64,000 bases of DNA from the IMG/VR virus record IMGVR_UViG_3300025770_001492, positions 1 to 64,000 of that record; one strand, given 5' to 3'. Every line of letters begins with the position of its first letter. The first letter of the stretch is position 1. Shown here piece by piece: positions 28,396-38,329 of the stretch. A program made the translations under genes and the position numbers. The notes under the pieces were generated by a model. The model ran no database searches and was not told where the DNA came from. It was given only the letters and a program-made list of their open reading frames with translations.

Positions 28396-29166
28396 TCATA
28401 ATGAAGAAATGTCAGCAATACATTTGTCTCTATTAGAAATCATAATTTCCTTAGCCTTAAGATCGTTTTTCAAAACGGTTTTAACCGTAACACTTCCTTC
28501 ATGATGCACCCAACTTTTCCCAGAAATAGCCTGTTTGAATCCGTAGTGTCTCATGCGATACGCAAGTTCTTCGTCCTCATACCAACCATAAGGATAAGGC
28601 TTAATAAATCCCCCTATATGGTTAAACAAATCTCTGTGGCACATAGAGCAATAAAGAGGAAGATATGTGTCCTCAAGGATTACATCATTTATAAAGTCGC
28701 CCTTTTTTCCTTTAAGCCTCTTGTCTCCTAGATTCCCTGGATTGTTTGTCCTGGAGGACACCATTCTGACACCTTGTTCCTTCAAATCAAGCAACGACTG
28801 ACCCATCGCAATGAGCCAATTAACATCTTTAATTTCACAGTCAGAGTTTAAAAAACAAACCCAAGGCTGCTCAGTTCGATCAAACCCATACTTCAAAGCC
28901 CCTCCAAAACCAAGCCTCTCAGGAGTCCTTAGATTAGTAACTTGCGGTTGGTCTTTCATCGAAGCAATAAAATCAGAATTTGGCGAACAATCGTCAACCA
29001 AACAGATTTCATATGGATTACTACGAGTTGCGTTCCATATGCTTGACACAAGTCTTCCAACTCGTTCGTATTCTCCATGAAATGGAATTATAATTGATAC
29101 GGGCGACCTAGAAAAAGGAACGAGCCGCATCGCTCTAGCTTTGTTTGTCTTGTTTGCTTTTTTCAT
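28396..29166 (-). CDS. glycosyltransferase family 2
   Basis: SIIIPFH, VDDCS, RLGFGGA, FLNSD, YEDEE. Confidence 0.85.
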   Translation of the reverse strand: MKKANKTNKARAMRLVPFSRSPVSIIIPFHGEYERVGRLVSSIWNATRSNPYEICLVDDCSPNSDFIASMKDQPQVTNLRTPERLGFGGALKYGFDRTEQPWVCFLNSDCEIKDVNWLIAMGQSLLDLKEQGVRMVSSRTNNPGNLGDKRLKGKKGDFINDVILEDTYLPLYCSMCHRDLFNHIGGFIKPYPYGWYEDEELAYRMRHYGFKQAISGKSWVHHEGSVTVKTVLKNDLKAKEIMISNRDKCIADISSL

Positions 29167-29689
29167 CGTTCCTAAACTTGCTCACTATAAAATTGTGTAA
29201 TTTTTTAGACTCATCAAATTGGTTATAACTTGCATCCTTAAAATCAGACACAATCTCTTTCAAAGGTTTAAAAGGCTTTTTAGACATATTGCAAAAATGA
29301 AATTTTATCCCACATCCCAGCTTTACATTCATGTTCAACGATTTAGAAACATCATGGTCCCATTCTGACTGATAATTGTCTAAAACGACAAACATATGTT
29401 TTACTAACTCTTCACTTTCATTAGCGAGAACTATCATTGTTTGTTGCATGTCTTTGCCAAGATTCAACAAATGCCCAGCAGTTGGTCTCCAATCAGCAAT
29501 GCTTTTAACTGCATTTCCTGCTGAAGTTAAAATAAAGTCACTGCGTTGATGATGCATGTAGCATCTATCGTCTGACTCTAGGTTCCTAACACTAGAAACC
29601 AACTGATCTTTGACATCCCCGTTCTGCAAAGGGTCAATCACCAACACGAATCCAATTATTGTTGGATCATAAAAATCTTCATCTATCAT
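29135..29689 (-). CDS. hypothetical protein
   Basis: ORF coupled to both neighbours. Confidence 0.6.
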   Translation of the reverse strand: MIDEDFYDPTIIGFVLVIDPLQNGDVKDQLVSSVRNLESDDRCYMHHQRSDFILTSAGNAVKSIADWRPTAGHLLNLGKDMQQTMIVLANESEELVKHMFVVLDNYQSEWDHDVSKSLNMNVKLGCGIKFHFCNMSKKPFKPLKEIVSDFKDASYNQFDESKKLHNFIVSKFRNDEKSKQDKQS

Positions 29690-30477
29690 AAAACACTTCT
29701 TCTCCGTTTGTGGTACAACCTTATGGGGTGATCTACAGTTTTCAAAGGATGCATAATAACTGCCTCTGGGAAGTTTTCATGCAAGTCTAGCTCTGGTTTC
29801 CACCGCATAGGGTATTGTTTATAACTGCCTTCCCACTCTTTCTTGATTTGATTCCAATTAGCAAAGTGCGCCACCTTACCGCCCATGTGATGAGCCAATG
29901 TGGGATAAAGATGTTCTGCCAAATCATACCCATCATAATTTGGGAAAAATCCTTTTGAAAAATCATTTGTATAATAGAGAAACTTCTCAAAAAAATTAAT
30001 TTCTTGCAACCGTCTGATAAACTCGCCTCTATGAAAAATACAACAACCTAGTAAATATTTTGTACAATCAAATTTCATATTGACAATTGATTCAATCAAG
30101 GGAAGATCATATTTGTTTGAAATATGTCTGGAATCGTTTCCAATACACCAAATATCTTTATCAATGTTTTCTAAATGTTGTTTGATTCTATCAGATGTAA
30201 AAAGAACATCATACTCCATATAGCAATACCAATCTGAATCAGGCCACTTTTTGACAGCCTCCATTAATCCTAATGTAATATTTCTATATGGACTCTTTGG
30301 ACAAGCATGCCAAAAACCACTTATTTTATGAGCAGGAATGTCTTTTTCGTACCATTCTTTAGAAGCACCATCGACAACTACTAAAACATTACTACCAACC
30401 CACTTCTGAACCGCCTCAATAGTATCTGTAACGAGCGGCGTGTCTCCATGAGCGTTTAGAACTACAGAAATTTCCAT
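29686..30477 (-). CDS. GT-A-like glycosyltransferase
   Basis: VVVDGA, YMEYDV. Confidence 0.55.
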   Translation of the reverse strand: MEISVVLNAHGDTPLVTDTIEAVQKWVGSNVLVVVDGASKEWYEKDIPAHKISGFWHACPKSPYRNITLGLMEAVKKWPDSDWYCYMEYDVLFTSDRIKQHLENIDKDIWCIGNDSRHISNKYDLPLIESIVNMKFDCTKYLLGCCIFHRGEFIRRLQEINFFEKFLYYTNDFSKGFFPNYDGYDLAEHLYPTLAHHMGGKVAHFANWNQIKKEWEGSYKQYPMRWKPELDLHENFPEAVIMHPLKTVDHPIRLYHKRRRSVL

Positions 30478-30551
30478 GTATTTTTCTCTGAATGGCTACT
30501 ATATTAGAGTTATCATAACGATAGTATTTTGAAAATTCTAGAGGAAATAAA

Positions 30552-31478
30552 ATGGACGTGTCAAAAGAGCTACAAACTCTAAGAAAACTAGTCGAAACCT
30601 GCATGGAAAAGCTTGAAAAGCTTGAAAACCATCAGCAAACAGAGACCGTTCGAGCAGAAGAGCCTGTCGAATCAGAAGTAACAAATCCAGAATTCAAAAA
30701 TCTAAAAGATCTTTTAAACAGCGACCAGTGGCCACATGCAGTTCCACCTGATCTGATTTGTGACATTGCATCCGAAGAAGACAAAATGGAGCGAGCAGAA
30801 GGCGTTCTGTCGATAGTTTTAGACCAAAGCCTTAATGGGTCAAAGTTCTTGGACTTCGGATGCGGAGAAGGCCATATGGCGGTTCAGGCGAAAAAAGAAG
30901 GTGCTGAAGTTTCTGTTGGATATGACATAAAAGAACAATTTTGGGATAAGCCATCCGTAGCAAATGTTACAATTTTAACCACTGAATTTGAAAAAGTAAA
31001 AGAAAATGGACCCTATGACACCATTTTAATTTACGATTTATTAGATCATGTTGAAGACCAAGAATTGGTTCTTGAGCAAATAAAACAAGTATCTAAACCT
31101 GAAACGAGAATATTTGCAAGAGTTCACCCGTGGGCGGGACGGCATGCGTCTCACTTGTACAAAAAAATCAACAAAGCTTTTGTACATCTGGTATTCAGCG
31201 AAGAAGAATTAGACGAAATGGGATTCGAGTTAAAAGAAGATTCTAAAAAACCAAACAATCCAGCATTACTGCCTTTGCACACTTATGCAAAATTATTCAA
31301 GTCTAAATTTGAAATTATAAGCCAAGATATAGATCGTGACCCAATCGAAGGTTTTTTCAAAAATAATCAGTTGGTCAAATCAAGAATTATGAAAAATTTT
31401 GCTGGAAAAGATGTCGGAAATTTCCCAAACTATCAAATGGGACAGTCATTCATAGATTACAAACTTAAAATATCTTAG
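30552..31478 (+). CDS. class I SAM methyltransferase with N-terminal coiled coil
   Basis: LDFGCGEG, YDTILIYDLLDH. Confidence 0.85.
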   Translation: MDVSKELQTLRKLVETCMEKLEKLENHQQTETVRAEEPVESEVTNPEFKNLKDLLNSDQWPHAVPPDLICDIASEEDKMERAEGVLSIVLDQSLNGSKFLDFGCGEGHMAVQAKKEGAEVSVGYDIKEQFWDKPSVANVTILTTEFEKVKENGPYDTILIYDLLDHVEDQELVLEQIKQVSKPETRIFARVHPWAGRHASHLYKKINKAFVHLVFSEEELDEMGFELKEDSKKPNNPALLPLHTYAKLFKSKFEIISQDIDRDPIEGFFKNNQLVKSRIMKNFAGKDVGNFPNYQMGQSFIDYKLKIS

Positions 31479-32199
31479 AGTTTTTTTCGCTAGTGTCGTA
31501 TCCGTGTTCAATTGCAAATTTAACAATCTCCTCTTTTAGAGGAGATTCTGGTATATCTTTGTATGACCTTTTATCACCTTTTTTATTGTTCGTATTTGAA
31601 TGCTTGTTAGAAAAGGAATCTGTTTTATCTTCTATATTCAAAAATCCAAGAAATCCATTACCATCTTCGATCCGATGCTTGAAGTATAAACTTTCATCTG
31701 CATTCAACTCAATCAATTTATTCCAAGCAAGATAATAATAACAGGCTCTTTCTATTGGGTTATCATAATGCCATATTTCAGGAATCTCAATAGAGATGTT
31801 ATCTTCCCACGGCTTCAGGAGTTTATGAGTTTTGTTTTGAAAATATCCAAATCTAATCCAAGAAAAAATAACTTTAGCGGGGTCTCTTATCAAATGTACT
31901 ATTTTAACACCATTTAATATTTTATGACCTAAAAAATTAGCAGCCATATAGCTGCTTTCGCCAACAGGCAAAACGCCCTCTGGATACCAATTTGAATTTT
32001 CTTTTTTTGAGCACTTGCTATTTTTTAAACTTCCAGAACCAAGTGTCTTTAAAGCATAAAAAATTCCCTCTGGTGTAAATATTGATTCATGAGTGCAAGG
32101 GTGTCCCAAACTGGTCAGCAGTTTCGCTGCGTACACAGTTCCGCATCTTCCTGTTCCCGTTATTACGAAATCTAAATGAATTTTGTTGTTTTGTTGCAA
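31465..32199 (-). CDS. sulfotransferase-like protein
   Basis: TGTGRCGT, HLIRDP. Confidence 0.7.
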   Translation of the reverse strand: MQQNNKIHLDFVITGTGRCGTVYAAKLLTSLGHPCTHESIFTPEGIFYALKTLGSGSLKNSKCSKKENSNWYPEGVLPVGESSYMAANFLGHKILNGVKIVHLIRDPAKVIFSWIRFGYFQNKTHKLLKPWEDNISIEIPEIWHYDNPIERACYYYLAWNKLIELNADESLYFKHRIEDGNGFLGFLNIEDKTDSFSNKHSNTNNKKGDKRSYKDIPESPLKEEIVKFAIEHGYDTSEKNSKIF

Positions 32200-33236
32200 C
32201 CTTTTTCCTCTTTAGCTATATCTTGGGAGATTTCAGATCCATCAACTTCTTCTTCACAACCTGTGCAGTTTTTAGACTTAATAAATTTCGTATGGACAAC
32301 CACAGCAGGCGGGATTGCCAAAGTTTTTTCTACATTTACATCTTTTTCAACAAACTCTTCTCTTGCTTTTCCCTTTGCAATCTGTATCCGTATATATTTC
32401 AGATAGGACCTAGTGTCCTTCTCTAAATTGTATTTTTTTTCTTCATCTTCAAGAGATTCATCTCCTGTAGGGTGGAACACTCTTGCATCACATATTATAG
32501 GAACTTTTCCAAAGTCTTCATGAACTTTATGTTTAACGCCAGATCGACTAATTTTACAACAAAGCATTTCATCAGTTATTTTTAAATAACTGCATTTTTT
32601 GGACGACTTCATATAGGTGCTAATTTGATCATGCGGAAAAAATAAATGATCATAAAATTTGTCAAAATTTTCTAATGAAAACCAACCATAAGATCTCATG
32701 AATTCTAAACAGGATTCTGTCCACAACATACATGGTCCAGCAATTACTTGACTTTGTGGTTCGAAATTCTTAGAAAAAGGCATTCCTACTTCATTGTGAA
32801 AATAATGATGCATTTGCAAGTCTATTTCTGGAAACGGCCAAATAGTTCCCCCAAAGAATATTTTTTTATCCCTTCTGCACTTGTTAGAAAACTCCGACAA
32901 GAATGGTCCGGTACATATACAATCTGAGTCAAGGGTGATTAAGTCATTGAATATATGGTGCTTTTCAAAATACTCAATACCACCAACGAAACTTCTTAAG
33001 CATCCTCGTCCCCATCCGTTTTTTGTTCCTGTGAAGAATACGAATTCTTCTCCATAAATGTCTGATAATTGGTTGGCCATTAATTCATTGTTGTCAACAA
33101 TGAATGTAAAAATATAATCATCAACATTAGGATGAAAGAACCTAAACGCTTCTTCATTGTCGATCATGAATTCAGGATGTTTGTGTCCCAGAACTATTAC
33201 TAACGTTTTGTGTTCACCTGAATTTTCAAGAATCAT
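32172..33236 (-). CDS. glycosyltransferase-like protein
   Basis: TLDSD DxD motif; cluster context. Confidence 0.5.
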   Translation of the reverse strand: MILENSGEHKTLVIVLGHKHPEFMIDNEEAFRFFHPNVDDYIFTFIVDNNELMANQLSDIYGEEFVFFTGTKNGWGRGCLRSFVGGIEYFEKHHIFNDLITLDSDCICTGPFLSEFSNKCRRDKKIFFGGTIWPFPEIDLQMHHYFHNEVGMPFSKNFEPQSQVIAGPCMLWTESCLEFMRSYGWFSLENFDKFYDHLFFPHDQISTYMKSSKKCSYLKITDEMLCCKISRSGVKHKVHEDFGKVPIICDARVFHPTGDESLEDEEKKYNLEKDTRSYLKYIRIQIAKGKAREEFVEKDVNVEKTLAIPPAVVVHTKFIKSKNCTGCEEEVDGSEISQDIAKEEKGCNKTTKFI

Positions 33237-34908
33237 TATTCAAACCACAAATATAAAATGCCGACTGTATTTTCAGTATATCTATTAGCTTTCCGCTAAT
33301 GTTTCCTCTGCAACAATACTCCCATTCTGCCTCTGTAGGAAGTCTGTATTTTTTATTTTCTTTAGAAGATAAGACATCACAAAATTCAACACTATCAATC
33401 CAAGAAACATCAGTAACCGGAAATTCATCAACTTCTTTAATTGGGTTTTTTATCTTTATTTTGTAATTTTTGTAAACACTTGAATTTGAAATATTTTTTA
33501 ATGGTATTTTTTTTACACCTGTTAATTCAGCATACTGAGAAGTTGTAACTGGAGCGTCTGCCATATAGAAAGAATTCTCAATACAAACAATTTTAGAATT
33601 TGCATTCTTACCAGCCATCATAAATTCTCCAATAGGTATTTTCACCATATTTATCCCTAAAGAATTGACCCATTCAATGCCCATGTCTAATTCAGATTCC
33701 ATCAATAATCTAAACCCCAAATCATCCATGCTTTGGTCATGTCTTTTTGAATAGCGGGAAGACGATGAAATCATTGTTGGTTTAGACCTATAAGACCCTC
33801 CTCTAATTATTCTGTGTTTTTGTTTGTAGTCTAGACCGCAGCGTTCAGCTACATCTTTTACTTTATCACCTTCTTGCCGTAAGCATCTTGGCGGATCATT
33901 AGTCCACTCAGCATCAAGGCACCATTCCCAAATATTGCCATGCATGTCATATAGCCCAAACCCATTGGCCTGAAGGGATTTAACTTGTTCTGTAGACCAC
34001 CTGTCTGCAATAATTTTACGACTATCATAATTATCAGAACCATAATTAAAATTTGTATGAGAGAAAATATTTTTATACAAAAAGGCTTTAGTTTCACATT
34101 TCCAATTAGAACATATTTTTTCCCATATTAAATCATTTTCCCTAAAAAATTCTGGCAACTCTTTTTCAACAAGTTCTTCTTCTAAAATTTTAAATCCTGA
34201 AGATGATATGCAGTCTTCATAGGAAAAAACAGGATCTTTTAACCTGCGGATATTTTTATCTGACCTAGTCTGAGAATCATCAAAACACAAATGAATGTAA
34301 GCCAAATTATACTCACTCTTACATCCATATCTTGAAGACCATGGAAAACATTTTATGTATATTTTCCCTTCAGGAGAAAGCATTTCTTTTATTTTAGACA
34401 ATTCTTCGGTTGGGTTCTCCATATAATCCAAAACATCCCACAATAGAACAACATCATATGGAGCATGTTGTTTAACGAACTCAAAGTCGTCTGAAAGGTT
34501 TATTTCGCCAGGTTTCCACTGTTTCTCTATATCGTAACCAATTGAAGTTTTAGCATTCTTTTTTGACTCAAAAACAACATGCCCTTCTCCGCATCCATAA
34601 TCTAAGAAATTTAAATCTTCCAAAATAAGCTTTTCACAGATTTGACCTGCTCTGGTTTTTTTATCATTTTCTGTTTTAACTAAAAGATTTGTAGGAACAG
34701 CAAGAGGCCAAAACCCAAACACAGGCCATTCAAGTTTTTTGTAGATCCTCTTATTTTTGAATTCAAAATTTGAATCCTCTTTCAGCTTTTTAATTACGAA
34801 CTCGAAAGATCCATGCGAACTACAAATTTCAACAATTTCAGACAACTCTATAAAACCTTTATTCCTTAAAAAAGTTAAAATGGTTCGATATGAGTATTCA
34901 GAATTCAT
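33226..34908 (-). CDS. SAM methyltransferase with an inserted, circularly permuted FGE-sulfatase (SUMF1) domain
   Basis: LDYGCGEG, then GLYDMHGNIWEW...RGGS...GFRL ahead of MVKIPIGEF...LPTEAEWEY. Confidence 0.8.
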   Translation of the reverse strand: MNSEYSYRTILTFLRNKGFIELSEIVEICSSHGSFEFVIKKLKEDSNFEFKNKRIYKKLEWPVFGFWPLAVPTNLLVKTENDKKTRAGQICEKLILEDLNFLDYGCGEGHVVFESKKNAKTSIGYDIEKQWKPGEINLSDDFEFVKQHAPYDVVLLWDVLDYMENPTEELSKIKEMLSPEGKIYIKCFPWSSRYGCKSEYNLAYIHLCFDDSQTRSDKNIRRLKDPVFSYEDCISSSGFKILEEELVEKELPEFFRENDLIWEKICSNWKCETKAFLYKNIFSHTNFNYGSDNYDSRKIIADRWSTEQVKSLQANGFGLYDMHGNIWEWCLDAEWTNDPPRCLRQEGDKVKDVAERCGLDYKQKHRIIRGGSYRSKPTMISSSSRYSKRHDQSMDDLGFRLLMESELDMGIEWVNSLGINMVKIPIGEFMMAGKNANSKIVCIENSFYMADAPVTTSQYAELTGVKKIPLKNISNSSVYKNYKIKIKNPIKEVDEFPVTDVSWIDSVEFCDVLSSKENKKYRLPTEAEWEYCCRGNISGKLIDILKIQSAFYICGLNNDS

Positions 34909-35153
34909 ATGGATAAAGCTCTCAAAATACAGAGAACACTAAGAACCATAAAAATCGTCAAGAGACCAAAAAACAAAATTCCTTTATTTATTTCATTATT
35001 TATATGGTCTACTGCGTCGTACAACTGATCTTCATCTATTTTGTTTGATTGAACCAAATAGTCAAATTGAGTTTGGGTAATTTCTTCTTTTGCTATCTTG
35101 TTCGCCAAGGAGACAACCTCGGAAGGCAAAGAGTAAAAATCTAATTTCTTCAT
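34905..35153 (-). CDS. small C-terminally anchored membrane protein
   Basis: Hydrophobic C-terminal helix. Confidence 0.55.
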   Translation of the reverse strand: MKKLDFYSLPSEVVSLANKIAKEEITQTQFDYLVQSNKIDEDQLYDAVDHINNEINKGILFFGLLTIFMVLSVLCILRALSI

Positions 35154-35156
35154 ATT

Positions 35157-35324
35157 TCAACTTTTATTATAATTTTTTCTAATAGGCGCAGGATGAAGCT
35201 TTCTTTTCCTAAACTTAGCAAAACCAACTCTCAACTGAGAAACATCTTGATTGGTTAGCAAAGCATGATTTTTTAAAAAAGTCTCATACTCTTTGTCTGT
35301 GAGATCTGATAAAGTCCTTCTCAT
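35157..35324 (-). CDS. small basic protein (55 aa)
   Basis: Manual translation MRRTLSDLTDKEY...; SD AAGGAG. Confidence 0.55.
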   Translation of the reverse strand: MRRTLSDLTDKEYETFLKNHALLTNQDVSQLRVGFAKFRKRKLHPAPIRKNYNKS

Positions 35325-35370
35325 TTTGAACTCCTTGTTTAAAATAGTAATCTTTGTTCTAATTTATAAT

Positions 35371-36081
35371 ATGAGATCTTGCGTATATTATTTAAACGAA
35401 AGCAAACAACATGTAAAGATGGCGTTAAACAGCCTCAAGATGCTTCGCTTCCATAACAAGAACATACCTGTAAGGGTATTTATTCTGTCGAACGAATTCA
35501 TTCCAAAATATAAGTTCACAAAAAATTTGTTAGAATTCTGTAGTTCAAACGACATTGAAACAGTAAAAAAACCAATAAAATACGACTATTTTTGTTCAAA
35601 CAAATACCTCATAAAAGACTGCCCCGAAGAACGAATTCTCTTCATAGACTCAGATACATTTATTTTCGGGGATGTGGAAAATATATTTAAAAAATATGAA
35701 AACTGCGACTTTGCAGGATGCAAAAACAAATGGGTTGAAGGAAGAAACTGGAGATTCCTGAATGGAAACATCCCTTTTAATGGAGGCGTTCAACTTTACA
35801 ATAACAACTCGCATAAAAAAATACTAAAAAAACTACCAACTACCTGCAACAACCTAGGGGAGGATCTCGAAAAATGGATAGAAGGAAGAATGGATTGGAA
35901 CAGAGAAGAGATGGCGATATCAAAAATTGTAATTGAAGATAAGTATTCTTTTAAATATTTCGAAAAAGAAGACTGTATGATTCCTCTGGTCGAGGATGAT
36001 TTAGAAAATTTCAAAAAAACAACCATATTCCACTCATTCACACATCTTTGGGAACGAGTATACAAAAAGGTAGTAGTATGA
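35371..36081 (+). CDS. GT8-like glycosyltransferase
   Basis: FIDSDT, FNGGV, REE, FHSF. Confidence 0.65.
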   Translation: MRSCVYYLNESKQHVKMALNSLKMLRFHNKNIPVRVFILSNEFIPKYKFTKNLLEFCSSNDIETVKKPIKYDYFCSNKYLIKDCPEERILFIDSDTFIFGDVENIFKKYENCDFAGCKNKWVEGRNWRFLNGNIPFNGGVQLYNNNSHKKILKKLPTTCNNLGEDLEKWIEGRMDWNREEMAISKIVIEDKYSFKYFEKEDCMIPLVEDDLENFKKTTIFHSFTHLWERVYKKVVV

Positions 36082-37193
36082 AAAAAGTAATAGTATTTGG
36101 TGGCGGAGGAGACATGGGACTCGCAGCAAGTTATGCCATGTCCAAACTGGGATACAAGGTTCAAGTGGTAGACCCAAATTCGGAATCGAGAGACAAAGCC
36201 TATAAGCATTTAAAAGAAACAAAGCTTATATCAAACTTAGAAATAAAAAGTGAAGCAAATTTTTCAGATGTTGATGTGGCGATCTCAACTGCACCATACG
36301 CTTACAATGAAAAAATAGCGTGGAACTGTTTCCAAGAAAAAGTTCCCTATTGTGATCTGGGCGGTAACCCTCAAGTTTCAGAAAAAATTCAAAGACTAGC
36401 TACACAAAACGATGGATGTGCATTTACAGATTTAGGCGTAGCTCCTGGTTTGATCAACATACTAGGCGAGTCAGCTTGGAATAACTTCACTGCCGATGGG
36501 TCAAAAATAAAATCAATTGATATGATGGTCGGAGGATTACCTAACAACCCTCAAAACAAATTAAAATATTCACTAGTGTTCAACATGGGAGGACTCTACA
36601 ACGAATTAACAGGAGATTGCGAAGTATTAGAAGATGGAAAAGTAGTAACCAAAAAAGCATTAAGCACTGATTTGAAAAAATTCAAATGGAGAAGATTGGA
36701 AGAATATGAAGCGACAATCACAAAGGGAGGATTATCGCATAGTTTAGAACTAATGAAAAATAGAGGAGTTGAAAATTGCACGTACCAAACAATAAGATTT
36801 TGCGGTCATTTTGAATTTATTAAATTTCTTTTAGAAGAATGTGAAATGGATTTCAAGGAGTTTAGTAAATTTATCAAAAGGGCATGTTCAGAAACAAAAG
36901 ATGATTTCATACTGATGGCGATAGAGGTTGACGGAAAAGTGTTCACTCATAAAATTAATTCTGACGAAACATGGACAGCCATGCAAAAAGCAACAGCATT
37001 CCCGACTGCTGCTGCTGCAAGCATAATGGCAGAGTCCTCTGATTTACCAAGCGTAATGAATTATTCTCATATACCACTAAAAACATATTCTAATAAACTA
37101 GAATTGATTGGCGGCATAGGAAATCCTTTATCAGAAATGTGGAGTTTTGAAAATGACGAAAAAATATGGCAAACTGATCGGAACGATCATTAA
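36078..37193 (+). CDS. saccharopine/lysine-6-dehydrogenase family oxidoreductase
   Basis: VFGGGGDMG, YCDLGG, GVAPG, VGGLP, TIRFCGH, AMQKATAFP. Confidence 0.85.
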   Translation: MKKVIVFGGGGDMGLAASYAMSKLGYKVQVVDPNSESRDKAYKHLKETKLISNLEIKSEANFSDVDVAISTAPYAYNEKIAWNCFQEKVPYCDLGGNPQVSEKIQRLATQNDGCAFTDLGVAPGLINILGESAWNNFTADGSKIKSIDMMVGGLPNNPQNKLKYSLVFNMGGLYNELTGDCEVLEDGKVVTKKALSTDLKKFKWRRLEEYEATITKGGLSHSLELMKNRGVENCTYQTIRFCGHFEFIKFLLEECEMDFKEFSKFIKRACSETKDDFILMAIEVDGKVFTHKINSDETWTAMQKATAFPTAAAASIMAESSDLPSVMNYSHIPLKTYSNKLELIGGIGNPLSEMWSFENDEKIWQTDRNDH

Positions 37194-37222
37194 AAATTCC
37201 TCAGCCCTTGAATAAATAAGGC

Positions 37223-37507
37223 ATGAGTAAAATATTAAAAATTTCGGCAATACTTCTTTTGGTTTCTGGATGTTCGACTGCTCCAAAACAAGAATTTGAG
37301 CAGCCTTTACAACAACCAGAGATATCTAGTCCTAAAGACATCCCTAGCTCTGCTACAGAAGATTGGATTCGTGGTTATAGAGACGCATACAGCGGAAACT
37401 GGTTAGCACCTGCTCAGTGGCTTGCAGGCAAGGGCGGCGAATATAGAGCAGGATGGAACGCAGGAGAAAGAGATAAAGAAGAAGGGCTTCCACCTAGAGC
37501 AGAGTAA
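37223..37507 (+). CDS. lipoprotein
   Basis: LLVSGC lipobox. Confidence 0.7.
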   Translation: MSKILKISAILLLVSGCSTAPKQEFEQPLQQPEISSPKDIPSSATEDWIRGYRDAYSGNWLAPAQWLAGKGGEYRAGWNAGERDKEEGLPPRAE

Positions 37508-37522
37508 CTCGGAGTATAGCAA

Positions 37523-38329
37523 ATGATAAAATGGTTGGCATGGAAAGTAATTTCAAATTACGTGGCTGGCGAAACTGCTGAAGAGGCTGTTCAACTGGCG
37601 AAAAACTTGGAAGAAAGAGGCTTTTCGTCAACCATATCTCTCTTGGGCGAAGGATGCACAATTAATGAATCGAATCTGGCCTTTTGGGAATACATTCTAC
37701 TCATTGGATTGCTTGAGAAAAAAGAATTGAATGATTGTGGAATATCCATGAAATATACCCATCTGGGGGAATATAACATAACTAGAATGTTTGAGTTGAT
37801 TGGGCGTACAAGAGTCAATTTTCCAATATGCCTAGACATGGAAAACTACAAAAACAAGAGATACATAATAGACTTATATAACAAATTAAAAAAACAAAAA
37901 AAAACATCAACAGTTCTCCAGTCTAGAATAAGGGACTCAATAGAAGATATAAAACAAATTGATAATGTTAGAATTTGCAAGGGAATTTACAAAGAGAGCA
38001 AAGACGTTAGTTTGTTTGGAGAAGACGTAAATTCAAACTTTAAAAAACTAGTGGAACACTGTGTAGAAGAAAACAAATATGTCTCTATAGCGACACACGA
38101 CCTAGATCTAATTAAAGATTGTGAAAAAATACTAAAAGAACATAAAAAATGTGAATTCCAGTTTTTGTACGGAGTTCCAATAGAAGAAGAAGCAAACAGA
38201 TTGAAAGAATCAGGTCAAAAAGTAAGATACTACATACCATATGGAAAAAATTGGTTCCAATATTGTTGGCGAAGAGCAAAAGAAAATCCAAACATAGTCA
38301 AACATGTTATTAAGAACATGTTTGGATAG
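37523..38329 (+). CDS. monofunctional proline dehydrogenase
   Basis: YVAGET, LDME, RICKGIYKE, IATHD, FQFLYG, YIPYG, RRAKENP. Confidence 0.9.
   Translation: MIKWLAWKVISNYVAGETAEEAVQLAKNLEERGFSSTISLLGEGCTINESNLAFWEYILLIGLLEKKELNDCGISMKYTHLGEYNITRMFELIGRTRVNFPICLDMENYKNKRYIIDLYNKLKKQKKTSTVLQSRIRDSIEDIKQIDNVRICKGIYKESKDVSLFGEDVNSNFKKLVEHCVEENKYVSIATHDLDLIKDCEKILKEHKKCEFQFLYGVPIEEEANRLKESGQKVRYYIPYGKNWFQYCWRRAKENPNIVKHVIKNMFG

Noticed and set aside
33226-34908. Diversity-generating retroelement target (FGE-type C-lectin fold)
   Set aside because: No reverse transcriptase and no template/variable repeat pair differing at adenines within this window.
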